Below, piece after piece: positions 33,579 to 41,811 of a stretch of 45,423 nucleotides of DNA; position 1 is the first letter of the stretch; every line of letters starts with the position of its first letter. The stretch comes from a virus. The stretch lies in the IMG/VR virus record IMGVR_UViG_3300025292_000005, positions 1 to 45,423 of that record. One strand, written 5' to 3'. Made by a program: the position numbers and the translations under genes. A model generated the notes under the pieces. That model did not search any database, was not told the DNA's origin, and worked only from the letters and a program-made list of their open reading frames with translations.

Positions 33579-34012
33579 TGTCTGCCGAATTGACGCACAT
33601 TGCCTGCCCCTGCACGACGTTCGAACAGGACGAGGATTGCCCTGTCGGTATGCCGTCCCTGCTTTGCAGCGTCTGCGACGGGAAGGGCGTTGCCACGATT
33701 GATGACGTCGTCGCCCTTGCGGCCGAGATGCTGAAGGTCGCTGAACAGGTTGGCGAACTGGAAGATCCATTCGCGGCATGGGAGAGCATCGAACTCCTCA
33801 AGTCTGGTTCTCTTGTGGGCAGAACAGAAAATCAGCCGCGCTGTGGCGTTATTGGCTGGCCGCCGCTTAAGAAGGCTCTTTGGGATGCGGTGATAGCGAC
33901 AAATGTCAATTCCCCTCACTACATCAGTGCTTGGGATTTGACTGACCGTCTTTATGCGGCCGCTCTTTCCGCCACCTCCCCCACCCTTCCGGTAGGAGGA
34001 AGCGATGAGTAG
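33578..34012 (+). CDS. Protein with N-terminal CxC...CPVG.PSLLC..CDGKG zinc-finger-like motif
   Basis: IACPCTTFEQDEDCPVGMPSLLCSVCDGKGV (DnaJ-type CxxCxGxG-like). GAGGAGG RBS. A GTG at 33575 is also possible. Confidence 0.5.
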   Translation: MSAELTHIACPCTTFEQDEDCPVGMPSLLCSVCDGKGVATIDDVVALAAEMLKVAEQVGELEDPFAAWESIELLKSGSLVGRTENQPRCGVIGWPPLKKALWDAVIATNVNSPHYISAWDLTDRLYAAALSATSPTLPVGGSDE

Positions 34013-34355
34013 CCTAGACGCAAGACGCGCTGCTGACGAAGAAATGCCAGAGCGGATTTGGGCCGTGAAATCCATCAGGCCCGGTTGCGTGGTTAGCTTT
34101 GACACGCCGAGCCTGGATTACAACAACGAATATATCCGTGCCGATCTGGCTAATGCCAAGGACGCCGAGATCGCGCGGCTCCGCCATCTGCTTAAACAGC
34201 GTGACCGGATGGCCGAGGCGTCTCGGAAGTTCTGGGTCAGGGCGGCGAAGAAGGCCATGGCGCCGAAGGGGGACTTTAGCGAGCTGCGCAATCGCGTCGA
34301 GCTTTCGGAAGCCGAACCCATGCAGATCACCCAATCTGGAGGTGACGATGCGTGA
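34005..34355 (+). CDS. Hypothetical early protein (116 aa)
   Basis: The ATG overlaps the end of the upstream gene. Confidence 0.5.
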   Translation: MSSLDARRAADEEMPERIWAVKSIRPGCVVSFDTPSLDYNNEYIRADLANAKDAEIARLRHLLKQRDRMAEASRKFWVRAAKKAMAPKGDFSELRNRVELSEAEPMQITQSGGDDA

Positions 34356-34494
34356 CACCCTCACCCAACAGATAGCCCTCGTCGGAACATTCGCTCTCGT
34401 AGGCGCCCTTATCTGCTTCGGAGCTTCCTATGGGGCTGATGAAAGCAAGAGGCTGGCGAAAATCAATCAGGAGGTTTCTGTCACATGGCGGTAG
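34348..34494 (+). CDS. 48-aa single-TM protein
   Basis: MRDTLTQQIALVGTFALVGALICFGASYG..., with GGAGGTGACG before the ATG. Confidence 0.45.
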   Translation: MRDTLTQQIALVGTFALVGALICFGASYGADESKRLAKINQEVSVTWR

Positions 34495-34685
34495 CTGAGG
34501 AATACGCCCGTCACGCCCGCTGGTGCCGGCAACATGCCGAAGAGTACCGCAAGGACGCTGACGAGGCTTTGAAGCAATACCTCCCGAGCATCGGAGAGAG
34601 AACCTACCGCGAATGCATGGAAGAGGCTGCTCAGTTTGACGAAGAAGCGGCCTGGTACGAACAACAAGCGAGGTCTTGGCAATGA
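34485..34685 (+). CDS. Hypothetical helical protein (66 aa)
   Basis: Lies in the operon and is coupled by ATGA to the next gene. Confidence 0.45.
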   Translation: MAVAEEYARHARWCRQHAEEYRKDADEALKQYLPSIGERTYRECMEEAAQFDEEAAWYEQQARSWQ

Positions 34686-35425
34686 GCGCAGTCGCATCCA
34701 TCGGGCATAATGGACCACCAGAGCCTACCCCCTTCGAGCTTTCGAAGCAAGAGATAACCGATCTCTACGCCGAGGCCAAACTATGGCTGGACGGGGAGCC
34801 CGTCACCACCCAGCAGCAGGCCGACGCACTCAGCACCTTGAAGGACAAAATCAAGAAGGCGGCGAAGACTGCTGACGAAAACCGCAAGCTCGACATCAAG
34901 CCGTATCAGGAGGAAGTAGACGCCATCCAAGCGGCCTATAACGAACTGATCGGCAAGAACAAGAGCGTTACCGGACTCGCTGTCAAGGCTGAGGAAGCTG
35001 TCAACGCCGCCCTGAAGCCGTATCTTCTCGAACTGGACAGGAAGCAGCAAGAAGCCGCCCGCCTCGCCCGCGAGGAAGCCGACCGGAAGCGGGAGGAAGC
35101 CCTTGCCGCCATACGCCAGCGCGACGAGGCCAACCTCGCGGAACGCGAACAAGCCGAATTGCTCGTCAGGCAGGCCAAGGAAGCCGACGAGGCAGCTCGC
35201 AAGGCGGAAGGCGCCAAGGCTCACGCCAAGGGCGAAGGACGCGCCACCGGGCTCCGTACCGTCCACCGCGCCGTCATGACAGACGCCAAGGAAGCTGCGG
35301 CATGGGTATGGGTGACGCGCCGCGACGAGCTGATGGTCTTCATTCAGGACCAAGCCGACAAGGCTGTGCGCGCCGGTACCCGCAAAATCCAGGGGTTCGA
35401 TATCGTTGAGGAGAAGGTGCTGTGA
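34682..35425 (+). CDS. Hypothetical coiled-coil protein (247 aa)
   Basis: N-terminal SIGHNGPPEP motif and a central Glu/Ala/Arg/Lys coiled region. ATG at 34682 in ATGA overlap. Confidence 0.55.
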   Translation: MSAVASIGHNGPPEPTPFELSKQEITDLYAEAKLWLDGEPVTTQQQADALSTLKDKIKKAAKTADENRKLDIKPYQEEVDAIQAAYNELIGKNKSVTGLAVKAEEAVNAALKPYLLELDRKQQEAARLAREEADRKREEALAAIRQRDEANLAEREQAELLVRQAKEADEAARKAEGAKAHAKGEGRATGLRTVHRAVMTDAKEAAAWVWVTRRDELMVFIQDQADKAVRAGTRKIQGFDIVEEKVL

Positions 35426-36360
35426 AGGCCAAGACCATCAAGAAAGTCATAAAGGCCAAGGTCGATGACTGGATTTCCTCCATAGAGGACGAGACGGTCC
35501 GTGGCCTGGCGGCAAAGAACACTGTGGTTACAGGCGGGTGCATCGCATCCATGCTTCTGAACGAGGAGGTCAACGATTTCGACCTCTACTTCACGAACAA
35601 GGAAACGACCGTAGCCGTAGCGAAATATTACGTCAGCCGGTTCCATTCCAAAAACAAGGCTGGGATCGAAGTCCCGATCTATGTTGACCACGATACAGAC
35701 CGAGTTCGGATCGTAGTCAAGTCCGCCGGGATCGCCAGCGAGGAAGGCTCGGAAAAGCCTTATGAGTATTTTGAAGGCCGTCCTGACGACGCGGCCGGCG
35801 AGTATGTCAGCGAAGTTCTCGGCGATGCGGGTGACATAGAGCAGGCTTTGGAAGAAACCACGGAAGCCGCTCTGGCGGTTGATGACGGCAAGCCAAAGTA
35901 TAGGCCGGTGTTCCTGTCTACGAACGCAATCACCCTTAGTCATAAGGTGCAGATCGTCCTTCGCTTCTACGGAAGCGCCGACAAGATCCACGAGAACTAC
36001 GACTACGTGCACTGCACAAATTACTGGACCAATAATGACGATGAGTTGGTCCTGAGGCAGCCGGCCCTTGAAAGCCTTCTGGCGAAAGAACTTCGCTATG
36101 TCGGCAGCAAGTACCCGATTTGCTCCGTCATTCGGCTTCGGAAGTTCATCAAGCGTGGGTGGACCGTCAACGCCGGCCAAATCCTCAAGATGATGCTGCA
36201 GATCAGCGAGTTGGATCTCAAGGACCACGCGGTCCTTCAGGACCAGCTTACCGGCGTGGATGCAGCGTATTTCGTTCAGCTCGTCTCGAAGGTGAAAGAG
36301 AAAGACCCGGAAAAGGTCAACTCCGCTTACCTCGTTGAAATCATAGATCGGATGTTCTGA
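35422..36360 (+). CDS. Pol-beta-superfamily nucleotidyltransferase, CCA-adding/poly(A)-polymerase head-domain-like
   Basis: VVTGGCIASMLLNEEVNDFDLYFT parallels GGxVRDxLLGxxxxDxDhxT. The downstream FLSTNAITL parallels the RRDFTINAL motif. GTG start in GTGA overlap after GAGGAGAAGG. Confidence 0.5.
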   Translation: MKAKTIKKVIKAKVDDWISSIEDETVRGLAAKNTVVTGGCIASMLLNEEVNDFDLYFTNKETTVAVAKYYVSRFHSKNKAGIEVPIYVDHDTDRVRIVVKSAGIASEEGSEKPYEYFEGRPDDAAGEYVSEVLGDAGDIEQALEETTEAALAVDDGKPKYRPVFLSTNAITLSHKVQIVLRFYGSADKIHENYDYVHCTNYWTNNDDELVLRQPALESLLAKELRYVGSKYPICSVIRLRKFIKRGWTVNAGQILKMMLQISELDLKDHAVLQDQLTGVDAAYFVQLVSKVKEKDPEKVNSAYLVEIIDRMF

Positions 36361-37151
36361 TGACGCAGTTTACCGATATCCAGATTGACTCGCTCAAGGC
36401 ACCCCTTGCGCGTGATGCGGTGAAAACCCGCGAACAAGGCAAATCCACCCTCTCCTATATCGAGGCATGGCATGCGATCGACGAGGCCAACCGCATTTTC
36501 GGTTTCGACGCGTGGGACCGGGAGACTGTCGAGTGCCGTTGCGTCATGGAGCGGGAACGCAAGATCGGTCAAGGCCAGTATCAGCGCGACGGCTGGGGCG
36601 TGACGTACACCGCCAAGGTTCGCATCACCGTAGGTCGCATCATCCGCGAAGGAACCGGAGCCGGCCACGGCATCGATGCAGACCTTGGGCTTGCCCATGA
36701 GAGCGCCATCAAGGAGGCGGAGTCCGACGCAATGAAGCGCGCGCTCATGACATTCGGAAACCCGTTCGGCCTGGCGCTCTACGACAAGACGCAATCGAAC
36801 GTGGAAGGTACGACGCCGCCCACCAGCCAGCCTCCTAAGCAGGAAACCCAGAAAGCCGCGTCAAAGGATCAGACCAATAGGGAGCTTTACGCCAAGCTCG
36901 TCGAGGACATGCGCCTCTGCAAAGCCACGGCGGATCTTGCGCGGTGGTGGAAGGACGCCGAGTGCGTTCAGTTTCGCAAGAAACTCCCGAGCGACTGGCA
37001 GAAGAATCTTCATGATGAGTTCGTGGCCTTGGGCTTCGAACTGAAACGGGAGGAAGATGCGGGGAAGGTCGTAGACGACATCCAAGACACCTTCCCAGGA
37101 TCAACCGTAGTTAACGAGCGCATCATGCACCCGCTCATGGCAGGAGAATAG
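36360..37151 (+). CDS. Rad52/Sak-type single-strand annealing protein
   Basis: [25 protein letters not shown]...GTGAGHG...[31 protein letters not shown]. Confidence 0.8.
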   Translation: MTQFTDIQIDSLKAPLARDAVKTREQGKSTLSYIEAWHAIDEANRIFGFDAWDRETVECRCVMERERKIGQGQYQRDGWGVTYTAKVRITVGRIIREGTGAGHGIDADLGLAHESAIKEAESDAMKRALMTFGNPFGLALYDKTQSNVEGTTPPTSQPPKQETQKAASKDQTNRELYAKLVEDMRLCKATADLARWWKDAECVQFRKKLPSDWQKNLHDEFVALGFELKREEDAGKVVDDIQDTFPGSTVVNERIMHPLMAGE

Positions 37152-37155
37152 CAAC

Positions 37156-37581
37156 ATGGCCGGTAGCGTGAACAAAGTTATCCTCGTCGGCAACGTCGGA
37201 GCCGATCCAGAAATCCGCCGCACTCAGTCAGGCTCGGCAATCGGAAACCTGCGCATCGCCACCTCCGAGACATGGAGGGATAAGAACACCGGCGAGAAGA
37301 AGGAACGCACGGAGTGGCACTCGGTCGTGGTCTTCACCGAAGGCTTGGTCAAGGTCGTTGAGCAATACGTCAAGAAGGGCTCGAAACTCTATATCGAGGG
37401 TCAGCTCCAGACCCGGAAGTGGCAGGACCAGAGCGGGAATGATCGGTATTCGACCGAGATCGTCTTGCAGGGCTTTAACGCCGTCCTGACCATGCTCGAC
37501 GGCCCCAGTGGTGGTGAACGCCAATCTCAGCCAAGCCGGTCATTGAGCGAAGACCTCAGTGACGACGTACCTTTTCTGTGA
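37156..37581 (+). CDS. ssb: Single-stranded DNA-binding protein
   Basis: [16 protein letters not shown]....G....[23 protein letters not shown], with the acidic tail DLSDDVPFL. Confidence 0.9.
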   Translation: MAGSVNKVILVGNVGADPEIRRTQSGSAIGNLRIATSETWRDKNTGEKKERTEWHSVVVFTEGLVKVVEQYVKKGSKLYIEGQLQTRKWQDQSGNDRYSTEIVLQGFNAVLTMLDGPSGGERQSQPSRSLSEDLSDDVPFL

Positions 37582-37589
37582 GGTGAGGT

Positions 37590-38033
37590 ATGGCCGAACG
37601 CTTCGTCCTCATCAACGACCACGTAAGAAGGAATGCCTTGGCAGCGGTCAACTCCGCCCCGGTCGGGTTCACCGTGGCTGTTGCCGAGCCGAAGCGTTCC
37701 ACAGACCAGAACGCCAAGTTCCACGCCATTTGCACCGACATCGCCAATTCCCATGCATCCGTATGGGCTGGCAAAAAGAGGAATGCGGACGAGTGGAAGG
37801 TTCTGCTTGTCTCGGCCCACACCAAGGCGACGGCCGGCGAGGTCGAGTTCGTTCCCGGCCTCGAAGGCGAGTTCGTCAACATCCGGGAAAGCACCTCCCG
37901 AATGTCTGTTGGCCGCGCGGCCAGCCTTATCACCTATGCGATTGCCTTTTGCGACGAACATGGCGTCGTCCTCAAGGAAACGACCAAGCACGGCTTCATA
38001 CGCGAAGCCGCCAATGATCGGAGATCAGCATGA
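37590..38033 (+). CDS. ninB: NinB/Orf-family recombination mediator
   Basis: EPKRSTDQNAKFHAICTDIA....W.G......EWK.LL is typical of NinB. Confidence 0.7.
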   Translation: MAERFVLINDHVRRNALAAVNSAPVGFTVAVAEPKRSTDQNAKFHAICTDIANSHASVWAGKKRNADEWKVLLVSAHTKATAGEVEFVPGLEGEFVNIRESTSRMSVGRAASLITYAIAFCDEHGVVLKETTKHGFIREAANDRRSA

Positions 38034-38281
38034 CCACTACCCACGTCAAAGCCCACACTCGCACCAAGCCCGAAAAGCCGAAGGCGTACATCTATACCCA
38101 CATGGCTATGTTCTCCCGACGCTCCGACGCGATCATGTTCGCCCAGCGTCATGGCGTCCTTCTCGTCTCGGAAGACGACGTCCGTCTTCATGCTCCGATC
38201 CCAGAGCCAGCACATGGTGCCAGGCTATCCCTGTCGCAGATCAGCAATCAGTTGAAGCAGTTGTTAGGGAGGCGTTCATGA
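38030..38281 (+). CDS. Hypothetical protein (83 aa)
   Basis: ATGA overlaps on both sides. Confidence 0.45.
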   Translation: MTTTHVKAHTRTKPEKPKAYIYTHMAMFSRRSDAIMFAQRHGVLLVSEDDVRLHAPIPEPAHGARLSLSQISNQLKQLLGRRS

Positions 38282-38682
38282 GCGGCTTTCGCATCGCGGC
38301 GAATACTCAGCCATTCGTCATCCCAAAGCGGCGCCCGGAGAAGAAGCCTGATTTCATCCGGTGGCTTCATTTGCTCCCCTGTGCGGTTTCCGACCGATAT
38401 GGCGTAGAGGCTGCACATGTCTCCTACGCCGACCCCTGGTACGGCTGCTATGGGCGAGGCAAGGGCACGAAGGTTCCTGACCTATTCGCCGTGCCGCTTC
38501 ACCCAGAGGAGCATAGGCGGCAGCACAACGGGAATGAAAGAGCCTACTGGGAGGCGACCGGGATAAACCCGCACGAACTCAGCCTCTGCTTGTTCGCGAT
38601 CTACAGCATGTACGATTCAGATTCCGCCGTCGAGCGCGCTACCGCCCGCATCCGGGCGGGCATCGAAAGGGTAAAGTCATGA
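38278..38682 (+). CDS. DUF968-like prophage protein (HNH/zinc-like motif)
   Basis: FIRWLHLLPCAV.....EAAHV....GRGKGTKVPDLFAVPLHPEEHRRQH. ATG at 38278 after GGGAGG. The long ORF-track extension from 37633 is rejected. Confidence 0.45.
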   Translation: MSGFRIAANTQPFVIPKRRPEKKPDFIRWLHLLPCAVSDRYGVEAAHVSYADPWYGCYGRGKGTKVPDLFAVPLHPEEHRRQHNGNERAYWEATGINPHELSLCLFAIYSMYDSDSAVERATARIRAGIERVKS

Positions 38683-38879
38683 CCAACCTACAGATCATTC
38701 GAGATCGCATGCAGCATCTGACATACAGCGAGATAATGATGATAGCCGAGTGGTTCGCCGCCATTGATAAACCAGGTGATGAACTGAACGATTCATCTTT
38801 CTGGGCATACTCCCTCAATGAGTGGGCTCACAACGCGGTCTTCCCTGAAGACGATGACAGCGCCGAGGACCAGCCATGA
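38679..38879 (+). CDS. Hypothetical acidic protein (66 aa)
   Basis: ATGA overlaps on both sides. Confidence 0.45.
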   Translation: MTNLQIIRDRMQHLTYSEIMMIAEWFAAIDKPGDELNDSSFWAYSLNEWAHNAVFPEDDDSAEDQP

Positions 38880-39574
38880 CCGTCACACCAGACCAAGCCA
38901 TAGCGCAGATCCGGGAGGCTTTAGAAAAGGTCGAAGTTTGCGAGTGGTTCGTGGACCCGAAGCCAACCAACAGTGGCCTTACCCGCGTCGATGACGGCAA
39001 GTCATCCGGCATCTTCCCCATTCGCGGGGAGACTTTCGAGATGGAATACGTCGCCGCCTGCAATCCTCAGAACATGAGTGTCCTCCTAGCAGAAATCGAC
39101 GCCCTTCAACATGACATAGAACGCCATGTCGATATCGCCGCCGCCCTCGCATCCCAAGCACAGAGCGGGGAGACGGTGGAGACACCAGCGCCCTCATCAC
39201 TTTTGGTGGGGTCGGCGGAGCCAGATGGCTGGATCTGCGAAGATGAGTTCACGCTTGAAGCCGATCAGCGCGATGAGTGGGTCGAGGAAGGCCTTGAACC
39301 GAAGCCTTTCTATTTCGCACCCCCGGCACCTCAGACACAAATGCAGTGGACGCATGTGAAGCGGTCACCGGAGGCCGCCGGCGCGAACTTGTATAAGCTC
39401 CGGGGAGCGCCAATCCCATCACCCGCACCGAGGGAGGTGGTGGCTTGCGACTGCACGAAAGTCGCTCAGGATGAAACCTGCCCTGTCGGCTATCCTTCTC
39501 TGCTTTGCGATGAATGCGACGGGAAGGGCGTAGTTCCGGCCCCCTCCACCCCCAACAGCGGGGAGACGAGATGA
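38876..39574 (+). CDS. Protein with C-terminal CDC...CPVGYPSLLCDECDGKG zinc-finger-like motif (paralogous motif to 33578..34012)
   Basis: The motif was read from the translation. The matching DNA segment 39479-39531 is about three-quarters identical to 33638-33690. Confidence 0.5.
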   Translation: MTVTPDQAIAQIREALEKVEVCEWFVDPKPTNSGLTRVDDGKSSGIFPIRGETFEMEYVAACNPQNMSVLLAEIDALQHDIERHVDIAAALASQAQSGETVETPAPSSLLVGSAEPDGWICEDEFTLEADQRDEWVEEGLEPKPFYFAPPAPQTQMQWTHVKRSPEAAGANLYKLRGAPIPSPAPREVVACDCTKVAQDETCPVGYPSLLCDECDGKGVVPAPSTPNSGETR

Positions 39575-39948
39575 CGACGCCTCTTGACGAAGCGATATCG
39601 CCAGCCGGGGCCGTTGCCAAGCTTCAGGCGGTCGGCATATCAATATCGGAGCGGACGCTGCGAGAACGAGCCCGCTCCCTTGGAGCCTGCCGGGTTATAG
39701 GCAAGGCGATGTTTCTGATGCCATCTGATCTAGACACAATCATAACCGCCGCAAAGCCGGAGCCCATTTCATGCCAGACGTCTACAAAAGGAAAGGCAGC
39801 GACGTCTGGCAGTTTGAGTTCACTGTGGACGGAGTCCGATACAGACGATCTTCTAAGACGAGTGACCGCCGCCTCGCCGAGGACATCGCGATCAAGGCAG
39901 AAGACAGGGTCCGTCGTGCCGCTGTCCACGGCGCGGAAGCGGTCCTAA
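39571..39948 (+). CDS. Excisionase-like HTH protein (ORF overlaps int by 178 nt)
   Basis: VAKLQAVGISISERTLRERARSLGACRVIGKAMFLMPSDLDTII is HTH-like. ATGA coupling upstream, positioned directly before int. Confidence 0.4.
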   Translation: MTTPLDEAISPAGAVAKLQAVGISISERTLRERARSLGACRVIGKAMFLMPSDLDTIITAAKPEPISCQTSTKGKAATSGSLSSLWTESDTDDLLRRVTAASPRTSRSRQKTGSVVPLSTARKRS

Positions 39949-40736
39949 CCTTCCCCGAAGCCGTTGCTGAATATGTGAACGATGGCAAGAGCGGACGCTT
40001 CACAGCCCCGCTCATCCGGCATTTCCGAAAATGGAAGATGAAGGACATCACCGGCCCCGAAATCCGCAAGGCCGCTAAGATCATATATCCCGACGCTTCG
40101 CCATCGACATGGAACCGACAGGTCATAACCCCGATGCGGGCGATCATCAATCACGTCGCAGAGGCCAAGCGGCTCCCGAAGATATCGGTGACGCGCTTCA
40201 AGGAAGAGACCAAGCGCCGGCCGGCCGGGAATACCGACTGGCTCAAGGCTTTCTCCAAGACGGCTCGGAAGCTCAACATGCCGGAGACCGCGGCACTCGC
40301 CCGGTTCCTGTTCGAGACCGCCACCCGCGTTTCTGAGGCCTGCCGCCTTACGTGGGACGACGTAGACCTGCAGCTCGGCGTGGCATATCTGGAAAAGACA
40401 AAGACGGTTCCGAGGAAGGTTTTCCTGACCCGGGCCATGGTCATCGACCTAGCTAACATCCGAAGCCTTCACCCGACCAGGGTATTCGTCGCCGCCAACC
40501 GATCGACGGTAAAGAAGCGCATTGACAAGGTGATCAAGGAAGCTGGTCTCGTGCGCCTCACAAGCCATGAGCTAGGGCGCCATGGCTTCGCTACGGAGAT
40601 GATCGTGAGGAACGGCGTGGACATTGCCACGACGGCAGATCACGGCGGCTGGAAGTCGCGCAGACTGCTGATGGAGACCTATGTGGAGGGGGATGCGGAT
40701 CGGGAAGTTATCGACCGCGTTTTTGGCAAGAAATGA
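39771..40736 (+). CDS. int: Tyrosine recombinase integrase
   Basis: N-terminus MPDVYKRKGSDVWQFEFTVDGVRYRRSSKT. Catalytic region TATRVSEACRL, SHELGRHGFAT and LLMETYV (R..HxxR..Y). Confidence 0.9.
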   Translation: MPDVYKRKGSDVWQFEFTVDGVRYRRSSKTSDRRLAEDIAIKAEDRVRRAAVHGAEAVLTFPEAVAEYVNDGKSGRFTAPLIRHFRKWKMKDITGPEIRKAAKIIYPDASPSTWNRQVITPMRAIINHVAEAKRLPKISVTRFKEETKRRPAGNTDWLKAFSKTARKLNMPETAALARFLFETATRVSEACRLTWDDVDLQLGVAYLEKTKTVPRKVFLTRAMVIDLANIRSLHPTRVFVAANRSTVKKRIDKVIKEAGLVRLTSHELGRHGFATEMIVRNGVDIATTADHGGWKSRRLLMETYVEGDADREVIDRVFGKK

Positions 40737-40841
40737 CCTCGATGGCACAGCCAAGTCACAGTCACAGTTCCGAAACAAAATTCTTGACAAGAAAAGTGAA
40801 TGGAATCAATTCGGTAGCTGTGGTACAAGAGAATAAGTTAA

Positions 40842-40885
40842 CTCCCTTAGCAGGGGAGCGCCTTCGACCACTCGGCCACCTCTCC
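40842..40885 (-). other. attP core candidate: 5-prime half of tRNA-Ser(GCU) (acceptor 5-prime strand, D-arm, anticodon stem-loop), not a complete tRNA
   Basis: Minus strand reads GGAGAGGTGGCCGAGTGGTCGAAGGCGCTCCCCTGCTAAGGGAG. Similarity stops right after the anticodon stem, with no variable arm, T-arm or 3-prime acceptor following. Confidence 0.7.
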
Positions 40886-41010
40886 GGTAACGCCCTGATA
40901 GGGGCAATGCCTTTGCTGATCAAGCGTTTTTTCGTCATTTCCGAAAGACTCCTTATAATAGGACCTTGCGGAATACTGCAGGTGGAACCGGAACGGTGCG
41001 GGAACGAGTC

Positions 41011-41036
41011 GGCACAAACGGCACATCCACGGCACA
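41011..41036. repeat. Three GGCACA direct repeats (41011, 41020, 41031), integrase arm-type site candidates
   Basis: Read directly. A further GGCACAG lies at 40744-40750, on the other side of the core. Confidence 0.4.
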
Positions 41037-41124
41037 GTGGATTTCTGATTCGTTCCGCGAATCACTTGAAAGGAGGTGGTGCCCCTTGAATATCGACCCA
41101 GTTCGTAAGCTAGGATTGTAACCC

Positions 41125-41142
41125 GCCCCTCTTCGGAGGGGC
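41125..41142 (+). promoter_or_regulatory. Stable stem-loop GCCCCTC-TTCG-GAGGGGC immediately upstream of the RBS of the next gene
   Basis: Read directly. No U-tract on either strand. Confidence 0.45.
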
Positions 41143-41156
41143 CACAGGAGATGAGA

Positions 41157-41645
41157 ATGGCAGCCGCTGCCTTGGCCGAAGAAACAGACCCGATCCTGCA
41201 CTTGCTCCCAGACGATCAGATGGAGCGTGTGCTGGGGCAGCACATGTGCGACATCGACCCGAGTTTTCTCGGCTTCACCGCCATTTATCTTGCGCTCGCC
41301 GGGATAATCCCGAAGCACTGGACTATCATTGACCTAGGATGCGCGTACTCGCCGCAAGCATTCGTTTTCAAGGATCACAAGGCGTATATCGGTGTCGATC
41401 TTTACACCAAGGAGCGTTTTGCCTCTGCGAACACGCGGCACTACGAAATGCCAATCGCAGACTTCATCGAAAAGCACGCCGATTCATTCGAGAAGGATAC
41501 CACATTTGCGATCTGCTCTTATGTGCCGCCATGGCATAGCGACAACATGGCGTTAGCGCGCGCTGCCTTCAAAAATGTGTTTACCTACTACCCGGCAGGG
41601 TCAGCGCCTAACGTTCCATTTAGCCACAGGATAAGAAAGGAATAG
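41157..41645 (+). CDS. Hypothetical protein with weak class-I methyltransferase-like motifs
   Basis: TIIDLGCAYSPQ (motif-I-like), YIGVDL and ICSYVPPW (PPW-like). AGGAG lies 6 nt before the ATG at 41157. The ORF track starts at 41151. Confidence 0.35.
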   Translation: MAAAALAEETDPILHLLPDDQMERVLGQHMCDIDPSFLGFTAIYLALAGIIPKHWTIIDLGCAYSPQAFVFKDHKAYIGVDLYTKERFASANTRHYEMPIADFIEKHADSFEKDTTFAICSYVPPWHSDNMALARAAFKNVFTYYPAGSAPNVPFSHRIRKE

Positions 41646-41649
41646 GTAG

Positions 41650-41811
41650 ATGAGAGAAGCTTTTCTGATCGCTGGTAAGATCGCGACGGGGCAGGCAACG
41701 GAGCGAGACAGGGTGAGGCTGCAACACCTGTTGGCCGACAAGGCGGCGTCGATGCGGAAGCCCCTAAAGCTGAGGTCGTCTTTAGCCCGGACCTCACAGA
41801 GGGATAGGTAG
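41650..41811 (+). CDS. 53-aa basic micro-protein
   Basis: MREAFLIAGKIATGQATERDRVRLQHLLADKAASMRKPLKLRSSLARTSQRDR. Its stop TAG directly abuts the next ATG (TAGATG). Confidence 0.35.
   Translation: MREAFLIAGKIATGQATERDRVRLQHLLADKAASMRKPLKLRSSLARTSQRDR

Noticed and set aside
37633-38277. Long 349-aa ORF spanning ninB and the following gene.
   Set aside because: The upstream two-thirds is a Pro/Ser/Arg-rich alternative frame of ninB. Only the last 134 codons, from the ATG at 38278 after GGGAGG, look like a real protein.
40801-40890. A complete tRNA-Ser gene.
   Set aside because: Only the 5-prime 44 nt, up to the end of the anticodon stem, are tRNA-like. No variable arm, T-arm or 3-prime acceptor strand follows, so it is annotated as an att-core fragment.
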